From Octopus vulgaris (Eukaryota): a stretch of DNA of 64,000 bases. The DNA lies in the NCBI GenBank assembly GCA_951406725.2, contig OX597832.1, positions 68,758,001 through 68,822,000 on the forward strand, given 5' to 3'. The notes below the pieces were generated by a model. It was not told where the DNA came from. It searched no databases and saw nothing but the letters and a program-made list of their open reading frames with translations. The translations under genes and the position numbers were made by a program. Position 1 is the stretch's first letter. Each line of letters begins with the position of its first letter. Shown here piece after piece: positions 42,005 to 55,257 of this stretch.

Positions 42005-43582
42005 TATCATAGTCCTCCAGGCAATAACAAAGGAATTCAAGAGAGGATGCCCCCGAGAGATTCTCTATGCAGATGACCTTACTCTAATAGCTGAAACACT
42101 ATTAGAACTAGAAGAAAAATTTCAGGTGTAGAAGCAAGGATTAGAATCAAAAGGGCCTTAGAGTCAACCTAGTTAAAACTAAAGTCTTAATAAGTAGGAA
42201 GGCAGACAAACCACAAATCAGGTAGATGGCCCTGCTCAATCTGTAGAAAAGGTGTAGGTAGAAACTCCTTAAGATGTATTCAGTGTAAGCTATGGACATT
42301 TAAGAGGTGCAGCTATACCAATGGAAGGCTAACTGGGAAGATAGTTTTTGCATGTGGCAAATGCTCAGGTGCTATATACAATGAAAATGTGCAGAGAACA
42401 GCTTCTGTCCATTCCAGGGAGAAAAATAAAAAGAAGTTGATAGCTTCCATTACCTAGGAGATCAAGTCAGTAGCAGGGATATAGTTGCTAAAATAAAAAT
42501 AGCCTGGGCAAAGTTAAGAGAACTCCTAACTCTGCTGGTGACAAAGGGCCTTTCACACAGAGTAAAAGGCAGACTGTATGACGCATGTGTACGAACTGCC
42601 ATGCTATATGGCAGTGAAACATGGGCCGTGACTGCTGAGAACATGTGTAAACTTGCAAGGAATGAAGCCAGTATGCTCTGCGGGATGTGTAATGTCAGTG
42701 TGCATACACGACAGAGTGTAAGCACCCTGAGAGAAAAGTTGGATTTGAGAAGCATCAGATGTAGTGTGCAAGAGAGACGACTGTGCTGGTATGGTCATGT
42801 GTTGCAAATGAATGATGACAGCTGTGTGAAAAAGTGTCACACCCTAGCAGTTGAGGGAACCTGTGGAAGAGGTAGACCCATGAAAACATGGGATGAGGTG
42901 GTGAAGTATGACCTTCGAAATTGGGCCTTACTGAGGCAATGACCAGTGACTGAGACCTTTGGAAATATTCTGTGCTTGAGAAGACCTGACAAGCCAAGGG
43001 AGACCATAGCACATGGCCTATGTCAGTGGCTGTAACCAACCCACTTATGAATACCCCTCATTCATTGGACAATGAACTTTGCTTGCAAAGACCTATTGAG
43101 GCAAGTGTAAACAAATCAAATCGCTGACATGGCCAATGACAGTACCACCTGATTAGCACTCATACTAGTGGAATGTTAAAAGCACATCTGAGCGTGATCG
43201 TTGCCAGGGCCATGGATTAGCTCCCATGCTGGTGACATGTGAAAAGCTCCTTTCAAGCAAGATCATTACCAGCATCGTGAGAAACAACATTTGAGCATGG
43301 ACGTTGCTAGTGACGCCAGACTGGCTCCCATGCAGGTAGCACGTAAAACCATCTTTTGAGCATGGTCGTTGCCAGAACCACCTGACTGGCCCTCGTGCCG
43401 ATTGCACGTAAAAAGCACCCACTACACTCTCGGAGTGGTTGGCATTAGGAAGGGCATCCAGCTGTAGAAACTTTTCCAGATCAGATTGAGCTTGGTGTAG
43501 CCTCTGGCTCACCAGTCCCCAATCAAACCGCCCAACCCATTCTAGCATGGAAAACGGACGTTAAATGATGATGATGATGATA
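42005..43582 (+). mobile_element. RTE LINE 3' part
   Basis: ILYADDL, zinc-finger segment, ORF 42538-42942 (LYDACVRTAMLYGSETW, RRLCWYGHV, GRGRP), 3' UTR and (ATG)n tail. Confidence 0.9.
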
Positions 43583-45176
43583 TCAATAAAGAATAGAGAA
43601 GCCTCCAAGAACCTATAGATTCCACTGTCTCCCTTCTGACCAGAAACACCACTGAACACCAATAACATAAATATATATTTTACACATGGAAAAGAAAATT
43701 ATTGAGAGCAACATATGAAACTCATCCACGGCCTTGCAACTTGTAGACAAGGAAACCAAGGTGAGAAGGAAACCAATGCCCAAATGGGTTTAGAGCAATT
43801 GTAGGTATTTCTTTTGGCCAAAAGAAAGAAACACATGCATTGGTGTACAAATGATTATGATGGTAGTCTGACAAAGATGGCTCAGCAACATCTTGAGGAA
43901 TAACCTTCTGAAATGATTTTTTTTTTTTTGGTGGAGAACAAATGAAGGTGGTGCACATTAGCTCACTGCTGCAATTAAATCAGCATTACCTGAACAGGTG
44001 CGTAGTGTGCCACACATCAGGTGTATGTTAAAGGGGTCACAGAGCAATGTGAGATGAAGTGTCTTGCTCAAGAACACAATACCCAGTTCAAGAATTGAAC
44101 CCATGATATCGTGATCATGAGTGCAACACACTAACCACAAGGCCATATATGCTCACAAATAACACATCATCAGATAGCATACTTCTATATAGGTCCCTAT
44201 CTTTCCTCAATTAAAAAAAAAACCCACAAAACAGGGGACTACACACCATAAAAGGTTGTATAGTAACCACAATTACAGAAAAGATACACAACAAAATAGA
44301 AACATCAAAAATGAAATCTGATTGCTGAGGGAACGGTTTATGGGTGCAACAGGCATCATCCATTCCATTCCTGTTTCTGCATGCCTAACCAATTCCAAAT
44401 AAACCCACACACATACAACACAGAGCAGCAACACAACCAATTTCTAAAACCACTGTCAGTCCATCTCAACTCAGGCACAACAGCAATACTGTTCAAACAA
44501 CAGATTTTTAACAATGGTACCAATTATTAACACAGGTACCAATCTAGCCAAGGTGAACAAAAAGAAATGAATGCAGTTTCAATATCTTCTCAAACTTTAA
44601 ACATGTCACAAAGGTTAAGGGCAGAAGAACAGCTACTTTGGCTCTATAGCAACTTGCTTGCCTCTGCTGTAGCTACTTTCAGCATTTATTGGCATACAGA
44701 CATAAAGCAGACAAGAGGAGAGAGACCGAGAGGGCTTGTACATGCCTGGACCCTCACACAGCAAACAAATCCACATTGCATTTTACAGTGAGCTTGATGG
44801 AGAAAATCCAGGAAATTACCCTGGGAAGATGTAACTGTGGGTTAGCCTTGTTTGTTTGATACATGACTTGGGTGCTAGGGATAACTCAGGTAAAGAAAAC
44901 CCCAAAAACAATCTTGTGGCCATATTGTGATTCCATTCGCTGGCCAGGATGTGCAACAGAAAATGGAAAAGTTTTCAATGTAGAAATCAATTAAGCACAT
45001 TCTATGGCATCAACATGCAGCAGATTCTAGTCAGTTCCAAAAAATTCTATATCCATGTGTATGTATATATATATATGTGTATATATATATATATACACAC
45101 ACACAGACACACACACACTTGGAAATGGATGCAACTAAACAATATAGATAATATATACACATGTATATACACACAA

Positions 45177-45229
<53 letters not shown>

Positions 45230-45388
45230 TAAATAAACAGACACACACACACACATAAATATGACCAGCCTTCAACTTTTTCTGACTAAAAGGGGTTTTC
45301 ATCCTAACATTTATATGATATTCTTTATAGCTTTATGTATATGTGCTTCGAGACATTTTGAAATGTAATATATATATATACATGCAAA

Positions 45389-45440
<52 letters not shown>

Positions 45441-45444
<4 letters not shown>

Positions 45445-45785
45445 AATCAAAATAAGCAGGTTTAAAATGTTGAGCAATCATCAGCCATTTATAGAGGTTT
45501 TTCATTAATACATATTTTCATAAAAGTTAATATGAAAATATGTATTAATGGAAAACCTCTATAAATGGCTGATGATTGCTCAACATTTTAAAACTGCTGT
45601 AATACTTACAATGTTTAATAAAATGATGTAGCGTGAAATGATCATACCAAATTACCGAAGATATTCTTGTTGCTTATTTTGATTATAATCACCACATGGA
45701 TTTATATGGATAGCACCATACAAAATTCTGGTGCATCTAACTTGAGTATCATATTCATTTGAATTTAAATTTTGCTGAACTTATA
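45441..45785 (+). mobile_element. (TA)n-inserted pLTR-like element with 5' inverted copy and hammerhead
   Basis: 45461-45521 is the reverse complement of 45532-45592. (TA)n on both sides. Confidence 0.7.
45566..45649 (+). ncRNA. type-I hammerhead, long stem II, ATGATCAT stem III
   Basis: tgg CTGATGA t tgct-caacatttta...taaaatgatg-t-agcg t GAAA tgatca TA cca. Confidence 0.7.
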
Positions 45786-45824
45786 TACATATGTATATAT
45801 ATATATATATATGTATATATATAC

Positions 45825-45886
<62 letters not shown>

Positions 45887-46205
45887 CTGTTTACAGACAG
45901 ACATACACACACACACACACAAATATATATATATATATACAGGGAGAGAGAGAGAGAGAGAGGAATAACTGAGTAAGAGAAGGAGAAAAAGGAAGAGAGA
46001 AACTGATCTCTGAAGGTTGCTCTTTCAACAAGAGTGATATCAAGATAGAATCGACAAGATGTAGGTTTGAACACATTTGTTGAGATGCCAGTAGAATAGG
46101 AAAATGCAAAAAGAGAGAGCAAATGAGTAGGAGAGAGTAAAAGAGAAAGAGAGTGAGTGAAAAAGAAAGAGGGAGAGAGAGTGAAATAAAGTGAGTGAAA
46201 GGGAG

Positions 46206-46248
<43 letters not shown>

Positions 46249-48234
46249 GGTAGTGAGTCAAAGAGAGAATTCACTTATTCAACAATGGTTGTAATTTTGA
46301 GAAGTGAAAACTGTAGATTCTATTAGATTGCACGAATTCCATGCATGGTTTTCTTTATTGCAGTCGCAGGTGGTGGGGGGGCTTTGAGATGTAATAATCC
46401 AATAGTGGATTCACTTGAGATTTCAACAAGATTAAAGTTGCTGGAGGAAGCCCAAACTAATGTCAAACTCAAGATGGAAAAATTCCTGCCTTTCACAACA
46501 ACATGTAACCATGCTACGCCGATGAGAGAAACGTTACCAAAGGAAATTGTCAGAAGTAAATTGCGTCGAGATTTTTAAATAAGAATATTTATCTTTAGAT
46601 TGACAAACTCTTCATTTTTCACTTTGAAGTTGTTCTTCATGTGTCTATGTATGTATGTATGTATGTGGGTATAGGTGAGTATGGATGGTGTGTTGATATA
46701 TATATATATATATATACACGTATATAAGTACATACATACACACAACTGCACATATACATATACAATATCAAACTGTCAATGTTTTATGACATCATTCAAA
46801 GTGATAAACAAAATGCCTCTCAAATAAAAAGCCATGTTTACAATTAACAACAAAACATATTTGTCAGAGTCTAAGTCTTTGAAATTCCCTTGTACTACAC
46901 AATTAAAGTTTCCTTGATGCTGGTAAAATCACACAGTTCTTCTCTCCTAAATATTTCTTCAAACCTGAAACAAATCCCTTGAATGGCATTGTGTTAAGCA
47001 ACCTAATCACAGTTTAGTAGTTCTAACCTATGGAATGAAGTTTATTCTTTCGGGAATCAAAAAAGAAGATTCCTTTTATTCTATGTTACTCCAGTTTGCT
47101 TCACTCTTTTAGTTATAGACATTGCACGATTGGATTTCTTGCACCTCCTAGTATTCCGTTATAGTATCCATATAATAATACAGGTTTCTGATTTAGGCAC
47201 AATGCCATCGACTTTCTGGGTGAGGGGGAGTAGTACATGACTATGAGAGAGATGAGAGGCAAAGTTGCCCTTGGCAGGTTCTGAACTCAGAATGTAAAAG
47301 AATTGGAACTTGCCCCATGTAGTAACAGCGTTGTATACAATGATGAAGTGTTTACATCATCATGCACTTACAATCTGATCATTGACAAAATAAATTAGGA
47401 TCTCTTCTTCCTCTTCTCCATCATCATCACCACCACCACCATCACCATCATTATCATCATATTCATCCTCATCATTATTAAGGTTGTATGCTGGTAGAAT
47501 CGTTATCTTAATGGTATTTCATGTCTTTACATTCTGAGTTCAAATGCCACCAAGGTCGACTTTACCTTTCAGCCTTTTGAGGTTGATAACATTAAGGTCC
47601 ATGCAATCAACTAGCACCCTTCCACCAAAAAATTTCAGGCATTGTGACAATATTAAAAGGAACTATTAAGGTGTAGAACTGGCAGGGCCATTATAGTGTT
47701 GGACAAAATGTTTGGTGGCATTTTATTCAGTTCTTTACATTCTCAGTTCAAATGACATTGAAGTCGACTTTGTCCTTTATCCTTCTGGGATTAATATAAT
47801 TAATCCTAATCAAATACTGAGGTACTAATCCATTCCCATAAAATTGCTGGCCCTGTGCCAAGATTTGAAACCATTTTTAATATTCAACATTCTACACACT
47901 GAATTTTAAACCATTAAACAACTTCCACAATCTGGAACCTTGGGTGGCAGAGGCTGTGAAAATATGGAAACTTAAGTTCATATGATTTGGACAGTACTGA
48001 AGAAAATGGGACACATTGGGAAAAAAAGACCTCACATCATATAGATATTTTCTCCCTTGAAGGAAAGTGAACTTTGAGGGGCCAGAGTGATTATAGAGCC
48101 AAATGTTCAGAGCACGAGCAAAGTTAAACAGGAAAAAGACACAACTAATGACTAGATGCTGTTTTGGAAAGGATATCACCAACACAGAAAACCCAGATGT
48201 ACAGATGATGATGATGATATACATATATATGTGA

Positions 48235-48277
<43 letters not shown>

Positions 48278-48822
48278 CTTACTGTTAACAAAAGTCAGGA
48301 TATGTGGCATTCACTTACTCAATAAATGAATAAATGCATTAAATACTACAAGATGTACATGTAGGACAGACACAGGAGGATCCTAATTCTTCATCAGTTA
48401 TTGACCCGAAAAGTATAAAAATGGTTATGGCATATAACTGTTGATGATGTTGCTGTCAGTTTTGTACCAATTTTGGCACTTGGCACAACTAACAACTCTT
48501 CTCTATAGGGCTGTCAGTAATGTGAAGTGCAATAGTTAGTGTGAAACCAATGGTAACATTATGATCAGTTACATACTACAACAAGCAACATATAGTACAC
48601 AATGATATACAAAAATATAATAGGTCTTTTACTCGTTTTGAATGGGATTTTTTATCTGACCTATATGTATATAAGTCATGCAAAAATATATAATAAAAGA
48701 AGGAAAATGTACACAGTTTATATAGTTTTAATATATTTCAAATGGTAGAGTATTGTGATAGTCGACTGGTCTCACATTTTGCGACTCACTGACATTATAA
48801 TTATTGCAATTATTGTATATAT

Positions 48823-49320
48823 GTGGAGGTGCAATGGTACAGTGATTAGGGCAGTTGACACACAGTCATAGGATCGCGGTTTTGATTCCCAGACTGGACA
48901 TTGCAACTGTTTATTGAGCGAAAACACCTAAAGCTCCACGAGGCTCTGGCAGGGGGTGGTGGTGACCCTGCTGTACTCTTTAACCACAACTTTCTCTCAC
49001 TCTCTCTTCCTGTTTCTGTTGTAACTGTATTTCAAAGGGCCAGCCTTGTCACACAGAATCTCCCTGAGAACTACGTTTAGGGTACACATGTCTATGGAGT
49101 GCTCAGCCACTTGCACGTTAATAAATGAGCACCGACGTCACTGGTGCCAAGCTGTATCGGCCTTTGACTTTCCCTTGGATAACATCGGTGGTGTGGAGAG
49201 GGTAGGCTGTTATGTGTGGGCGACTGCTGGCTCTCCATAAACAGCCTTGCCCAGACCTGTACCTCAGAGGGTAACTTTCTAGGTGCAATCCCATGGTCAT
49301 TCATGAGCGAAGAAGGTCAC
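48823..49320 (+). mobile_element. tRNA-derived SINE, family 3
   Basis: Head 'gtggaggtgcaatggtacagtgattagggcag...ggttttgattcccagac'. Related copy at 35678-35970. Confidence 0.75.
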
Positions 49321-49635
49321 AATTGTATATATGTATATATTTATATATGTGTGTGTGTGTGTGTGTGTATTTAAAAAAATGTGTAGAGGTAACACGTGTA
49401 AGTAGATAGTTATGAAAAAGAAGAATGAAAATGCTACTTTCTTAAAATTGGGTACATGTACTATATTGGAATATTAATAAAATTAAATTAAAATTGAGAT
49501 TAACATTCATAGTTTACTTGCCTTTTTCTGCAAGAGAATGTGGTAGTTTCCATTAATTTTCATGGCATGACAAGTTGAACTGTCTGTGCGCGCAAATTAC
49601 TACTATCTATTATATGAATGTGTGTATATATATGC

Positions 49636-49673
<38 letters not shown>

Positions 49674-49985
49674 TAAATAAATGTCTCCTTCTCAAGCCAT
49701 GCCAGGCTGATGAGGGCTGGTTTCCTGGCTTCAGTGGTGTATATAATCATTCTGTTGGATGGGATGCTGGTCCGTCACAGATAACTCATTTTTGCCATCT
49801 GAGTGGACTAGAGCAAAGTCAAAAGAAGCATTTTGCTCAAGGACACAACATGTTGCCCAGTCCAGGAACTGAAATCACAATATCTCGATCATGAGTTCAC
49901 CACCCTAACCCCTAATCCACACACCTCCATTATACACATACACACACACACACACACATATATATATTAATGCATACATACATAT

Positions 49986-50393
49986 ACTCTTTTACTCTTT
50001 TACTTGTTTCAGTCATTTGACTGCGGCCATGCTGGAGCACCAACTTTAGTCGAGCCAATCGACCCCGGGACTTATTCTTTGTAAGCCCAGTACTTATTCT
50101 ATCAGTCTCTTTTTGCCAAACCGCTAAGTGACGGGGACGTAAACACACCATCATCGGTTGTCAAGCAATGCTAGGGGGACAAACACAGATACACAAACAC
50201 ATAGACACACATATATATATACATATATATGACAGGCTTCTTTCAGTTTCTGTCTACCAAATCCACTCACAAGGCATTGGTCGGCCTGAGGCTATAGCAG
50301 AAGACACTTGCCCAAGATGCCACGCAGTGGGACTGAACCCGGAACCATGTGGTTGGTAAGCAAGCTACTTACCACACAGCCACTCCCGCGCCT
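49986..50393 (-). mobile_element. SINE family 1 copy (young)
   Basis: Full head and tail, near-identical to 28798-29208. Confidence 0.9.
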
Positions 50394-50477
50394 ATACAAA
50401 TATATTACACTAATGGTGCACCAGCATAGCCATAAGGCTGAAACATATAAAAGAATATATAGATATATACCTGCACA

Positions 50478-50525
<48 letters not shown>

Positions 50526-51219
50526 CACATATTTTCTATTATATAAATTGGACATAGTCGATCATTGTATTCTTTCTTGTCTTGAGGTTCACAGACAAAT
50601 GGGAGGGTGGCTTTGCCTGAGAAATGGCACACAGGAGGAGACGGGTACATAGATTGTGCTGCAATTTGTTTTTTCTCCTAGCCCACATAGTTACTGAGAA
50701 AATCGATTAAAACTTTTCTAATGGAATTCCCCAGTTTGTTCCACCATTAAACAACCAGTTGCTTACACAGCTGGCATATACCATTTCGCTAGCAACAGGG
50801 GGAGTACAGGATGACAGTCAACCAAAACTTTTGCTATGCTGTCTCTCTTCTTTCACCTTTTGTGGGGTTAATAATCTTAATCTTTAGTTACAGTTTCTCA
50901 TTCAAACTACATAATTGGCAGAATTGTTGGATTAAGATAGTAGGGTGTTTTGAGGGAAATTTGGCTATTTCTACCGGGTCTAGCTACCATCTAGAGGTCT
51001 GAACTGAATTTTCATTTACATATTTGCATTTTCAAAAATATAATCTTTTCCATAAATCAACTGTTGTAAAAATGTTATACGATGACTTCACATTTTCTAT
51101 GTATGTGTGAGTATCTTAAAAGACATCAATCATCACGACACAAGCCTTCACTCACTCACTCAATCTCTCTATCTCACCCTCTTTCTCTCTCACATGCACA
51201 CGTGCAAGCACACACACAT

Positions 51220-51254
<35 letters not shown>

Positions 51255-51623
51255 CATTTCATATATCTTCTTACAATTTCTGCTCTCTGCAAATAAAATT
51301 TTTATGGATACAACTACTTACAAAAATAGGCATTAATGTATAATTTCTTTCTATGTTCATAATCAAATCAATGCTTTAATGATTAGACAGAAGTCCAATA
51401 GAATAGCTCTCAGAAACAGACTACGTACAAATTCGTTCTTCACAACTCCAGAAGCTGTTTTCTGACAGGGGGTGGGTCAGAAAATTTTCATACAGCTGGA
51501 GGCTCCAATCAAAACAGGGGACCCAAAATGATATGGTTGAGAAACACTGTTATAGATTATGCCTAGCCTAAAACGATCACAGCCACATCATCCAAACAGG
51601 CCGAGTGAAACCGGGCTTAGCTG

Positions 51624-51700
<77 letters not shown>

Positions 51701-51703
<3 letters not shown>

Positions 51704-52612
51704 TAAGATGATTAGTTTGTATTTTTGAAATTAACTATTTCATCTTTAGATATGAAAAATTAATTTATTAGGTCTTTATTATATGTGCATATATATTTAT
51801 TTATAGAGATTATTTAGATCTTAATTATATATTTATATATTTATATACATTTATATATTTTCATTGATATTTTATATTTTAATAATATGAATAATCATTT
51901 TTTTTGTAAAATATTTATGTAATTAGATATTGACTATTACTGATATTAGATTATTAGTGGGTTTCTTACCTTAAACATTAATACTTAAAAATTAAAATTA
52001 ATATTTAACATTATAATCGTTGTTTTGACATAATCATAATCGTTAAGTTTCTAGTTTCATAAAAGAGTTTATATTATTTATTTCTTAAAAAATATTGTTT
52101 AAATATTTTTGATTATTTATTAAAATATTACAATTAACCTGAAGATTGACTGTAACCATAACTCAAATTATTAATAGAATTTAAATTATTGTTATTCGAA
52201 TTGGTTACGGGCATGAAATGATCGTAGTGTTTTTACTCTTTATCTTATTAAACTTTTAATACTTTTTGATAGTTTATAAAAAAATAAATAAATAAATAAA
52301 TAAATAAATATAAAAATATAAGATATGAAAAAAAATTAAAAAATTAAAAATTAAAAAGTATAAATAAAAATAAATAAATAAATAAATAATTAAATAAAAT
52401 AATAATAAAAAAATATATATATATTTGTAATTTATAAGTTTAATTTCTTAATTTAAATAATTTTTTAAAATATTAACTTTAATTTAAATATTTTGATTGG
52501 ATTTTTATATTTTATATTTTATATATTTTATATATTTTTAAATTAATTTTATTTCTATGTATTGGCTTATGATTTTCACTGTTTGATTTGCTTAATAGTG
52601 GTTTTATCTCTA

Positions 52613-52616
<4 letters not shown>
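51701..52616 (+). mobile_element. very AT-rich non-coding element in (TA)n, carrying a hammerhead
   Basis: Flanked by (TA)n. The 3' end 'tgtattggctta...gatttgc.t.a..gtggtttt.tctctaattt' is shared with 16029-16087. Confidence 0.7.
52136..52229 (+). ncRNA. type-I hammerhead, (C/T)GATCG family, long stem II
   Basis: aac CTGAAGA t tgactgtaacca...tggttacgggca t GAAA tgatcg TA gtg. Stem I is weak. Confidence 0.65.
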
Positions 52617-52661
<45 letters not shown>

Positions 52662-52668
52662 CATATAA

Positions 52669-52755
<87 letters not shown>

Positions 52756-52934
52756 TACATATATATATATATACATATACATACACACACACATATATGC
52801 ATATATATATATATGTGTGTATAACTATGTCAAGAACATCAAATTCTCTTAAAGGTATCTAACCATCCAAGTTCCCCAGTTATATCCATTCCTTCTGTGA
52901 AAAACCAAAGAAGTTAATTTCACATAGCTGGATA

Positions 52935-53747
52935 TGAGTATATAAATATTCTTGTATGAGAAAAAGAAAAAAATGGAGAAATTCATATACAGACATTAAT
53001 TTATTTGAACAAATTCCATTCAGTATAGCATCAACAAGTTTACACCTACAGCTGTTTCCATACCCAATTAATTAAATTTGAGAAATTAAATTAAATTAAA
53101 ATGAATTAAATTTTCATATTGAATATTGTAAATTGGGTCTTTCATGAGGGGAGAGAATTTATTAGAGAGGAACTATATTCCAATGTGTTGGTTGACCTTT
53201 GATAAACTTAGATGTGTGTGTTTTAGCAACAGGTGTATTTAAAAATAAAGAACATTACTATTCTTATGTATTTGTGCATGAACGTGTTGAAGTGTTTGGA
53301 GCTACAAAATGATGACTTATAAAAACTGCTTCCTAATTGCCATAGTTGAATATTACAGCATCGATATTAGTGCACAATAGTGAGAAAGGAAAAGAATGAT
53401 CTAATCGAAGCTTTCATCACTTTAACACACACATGTACAAATACATGTTGCTAAAACATCACATATTTGAGTCTATCAAAGGTCAATCGACACAGTAGAA
53501 TGTAGCTACTTTCTAACAAATTCTCTCCCCTGACGAAATACCCGTTTTACAATATTCAATATGAAAATTTAAATTAATTTAATTTAAATCCTCAAATTTA
53601 ATTAATTGGGTATGGAAATAGCTGTAGGTGTAAAAAATTTGATGCTATACTGAACAGAATTTATTCAAATAAACTGATGATGATGATGATGATAATGATG
53701 ATGATATTAATTTCTACATGTTCTTTTTCTCATACAAGAATATATAA

Positions 53748-53750
<3 letters not shown>
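52935..53750. mobile_element. PLE 3'-end inverted repeat (~310-bp arms)
   Basis: 52935-53245 is the reverse complement of 53438-53750. The arms contain an NKFSP-like ORF end and a hammerhead. Confidence 0.75.
53527..53630 (+). ncRNA. type-I hammerhead with long AT-rich stem II (mirror copy 53043-53151 minus has mutated core CTCATGA)
   Basis: cc CTGACGA a ataccc...gggtat g GAAA tagctg TA gg. The left arm keeps the CAGCTG palindrome. Confidence 0.65.
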
Positions 53751-53794
<44 letters not shown>

Positions 53795-54385
53795 CACATC
53801 CTTGTGTATATTTGTGTTTGCATGTGTGGATATTAGTGGTGATATGTGTGGGTGGGAACTAGTACCCTCTTGAGATAACTCATATTATTCTAGAGATGAG
53901 AAAAAATAGGGCTCTCTGTACAGTAGGAAGTAAAAGAGAAAAACCACAAGAAGTGCTGTGTTATTTTGTAAGTGAGCAGTTGTTAATGCATGACAATGTT
54001 TTAAACACTTCATAGTATACAATGATATCATTGAATGGAAGAATGAGTGAAAGCCTATGGAATGTTGTGGTGACTGATTTAAAAGACTGACAAGAATTTT
54101 CCATCACATCGTTATAGGAATTTCATCACAAGGTTTCTGATGAAGTAACTTGCCAACAATCTACGACCCATGCACGTGCATACATTCAGTGTTGCATATA
54201 TATGCGTGTTTGCATGTATATGCATATATATGTGCATATATAATTGAGCATTCATATGTATATACATTTATATGCTTACATATATATATATATATGTATA
54301 AGGGTGAAAAGGAACACACGAGTTGATATATATGAAAAAACAAGTCAAAATAGAAAATGCTAAAATAATTTTATAGTGAACATTC

Positions 54386-54423
54386 CAGTACTGGTTTCGG
54401 TCATTTTGAGACCTTTTCAACTG
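54386..54423 (-). ncRNA. U3-A8 hammerhead copy (stem III ACCAGT)
   Basis: cag TTGAAAA ggtc tcaaaat gacc GAAA cca GTA ctg. Confidence 0.7.
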
Positions 54424-54662
54424 TAACGATTAAATAATTAAATTTAGAAAAATTAGAAGAAAAGTTTTTTGAAGGAATATTTCTATAGTAGTGTTCAGAT
54501 ATAAGGGGAATTCTGCCTTTCTCTGACTCCCTTGTTTGCACTTGTGTAAACAAGGGAGTCAGAGAAAGGCAGAATGCCACATATATCTGAACACTACTAT
54601 AGAAATATTCCTTTAAAAAAACTTTTCTTCTAATTTTTCTAAATTTAATTATTTAATCGTTA

Positions 54663-54700
54663 CAGTTGAAAAGGTCTCAAAATGACCGAAACTGGTACTG
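54663..54700 (+). ncRNA. U3-A8 hammerhead copy (stem III ACTGGT)
   Basis: cag TTGAAAA ggtc tcaaaat gacc GAAA ctg GTA ctg. Confidence 0.7.
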
Positions 54701-54748
54701 AAATGTTCACTATAAAATTATTTTAGCATTTTCTATTTTGACTTGTTT

Positions 54749-54815
<67 letters not shown>

Positions 54816-55021
54816 AATAGACACAAACTCTATGTATACAAACATATATATATATATTTGTGTGTCTATATATACTTGTGTGTGTGCATATATATAAATA
54901 TATATATATATACACACACAATCAAATATGCATACATGAGTAAGTATATATCCACATAAAATTCAATAATCTATATATGTGTATATATTCATGCATGTAT
55001 GTAAATTTGTGTGCTCACATA

Positions 55022-55074
<53 letters not shown>

Positions 55075-55181
55075 GTATATACATATATATACATGCATAT
55101 ACATAAATGTATCCATGAACAGGTGTAGATACACACACAGAGCTCAATCTTGTAAATCATTGCGACAAAAAGGAATCTTAC

Positions 55182-55257
55182 CTTGATGACATAATAAGCC
55201 TGAGATTTTTCTTCTTCTCCATCAGATGGTGCCATTGCTGAAGTTAAGATTTCATGC
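55182..55257 (-). CDS. CCDC39: CCDC39 internal coding exon (76 nt)
   Basis: ctttcccag|G CAT GAA...ATC AAG|gtaag. Reads (R)HEILTSAMAPSDGEEEKSQAYYVIK, matching the CCDC39 motif '[26 protein letters not shown]'. Its first G completes the CG| codon of the upstream exon. Confidence 0.92.

Larger units (their letters stand above)
54298..54755. mobile_element. palindromic (head-to-head) pair of U3-A8-hammerhead pLTRs
   Basis: Arms ~54326-54541 and ~54544-54758 are near-perfectly complementary. Left arm is nearly identical to 5095-5347. Confidence 0.85.

Noticed and set aside
46345-46578. 77-aa plus-strand ORF in unique sequence
   Set aside because: No recognisable domain or supporting exon structure.
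48340-48405. Minus-strand CTGATGA with hairpin in a (TA)n-adjacent element; similar relic at 48758-48795
   Set aside because: GAAA or the core is missing. At most a dead remnant.
51598-51626. Helitron-like 3' hairpin before (TA)n
   Set aside because: Imperfect hairpin, no CTAG terminus and no 5' end found.
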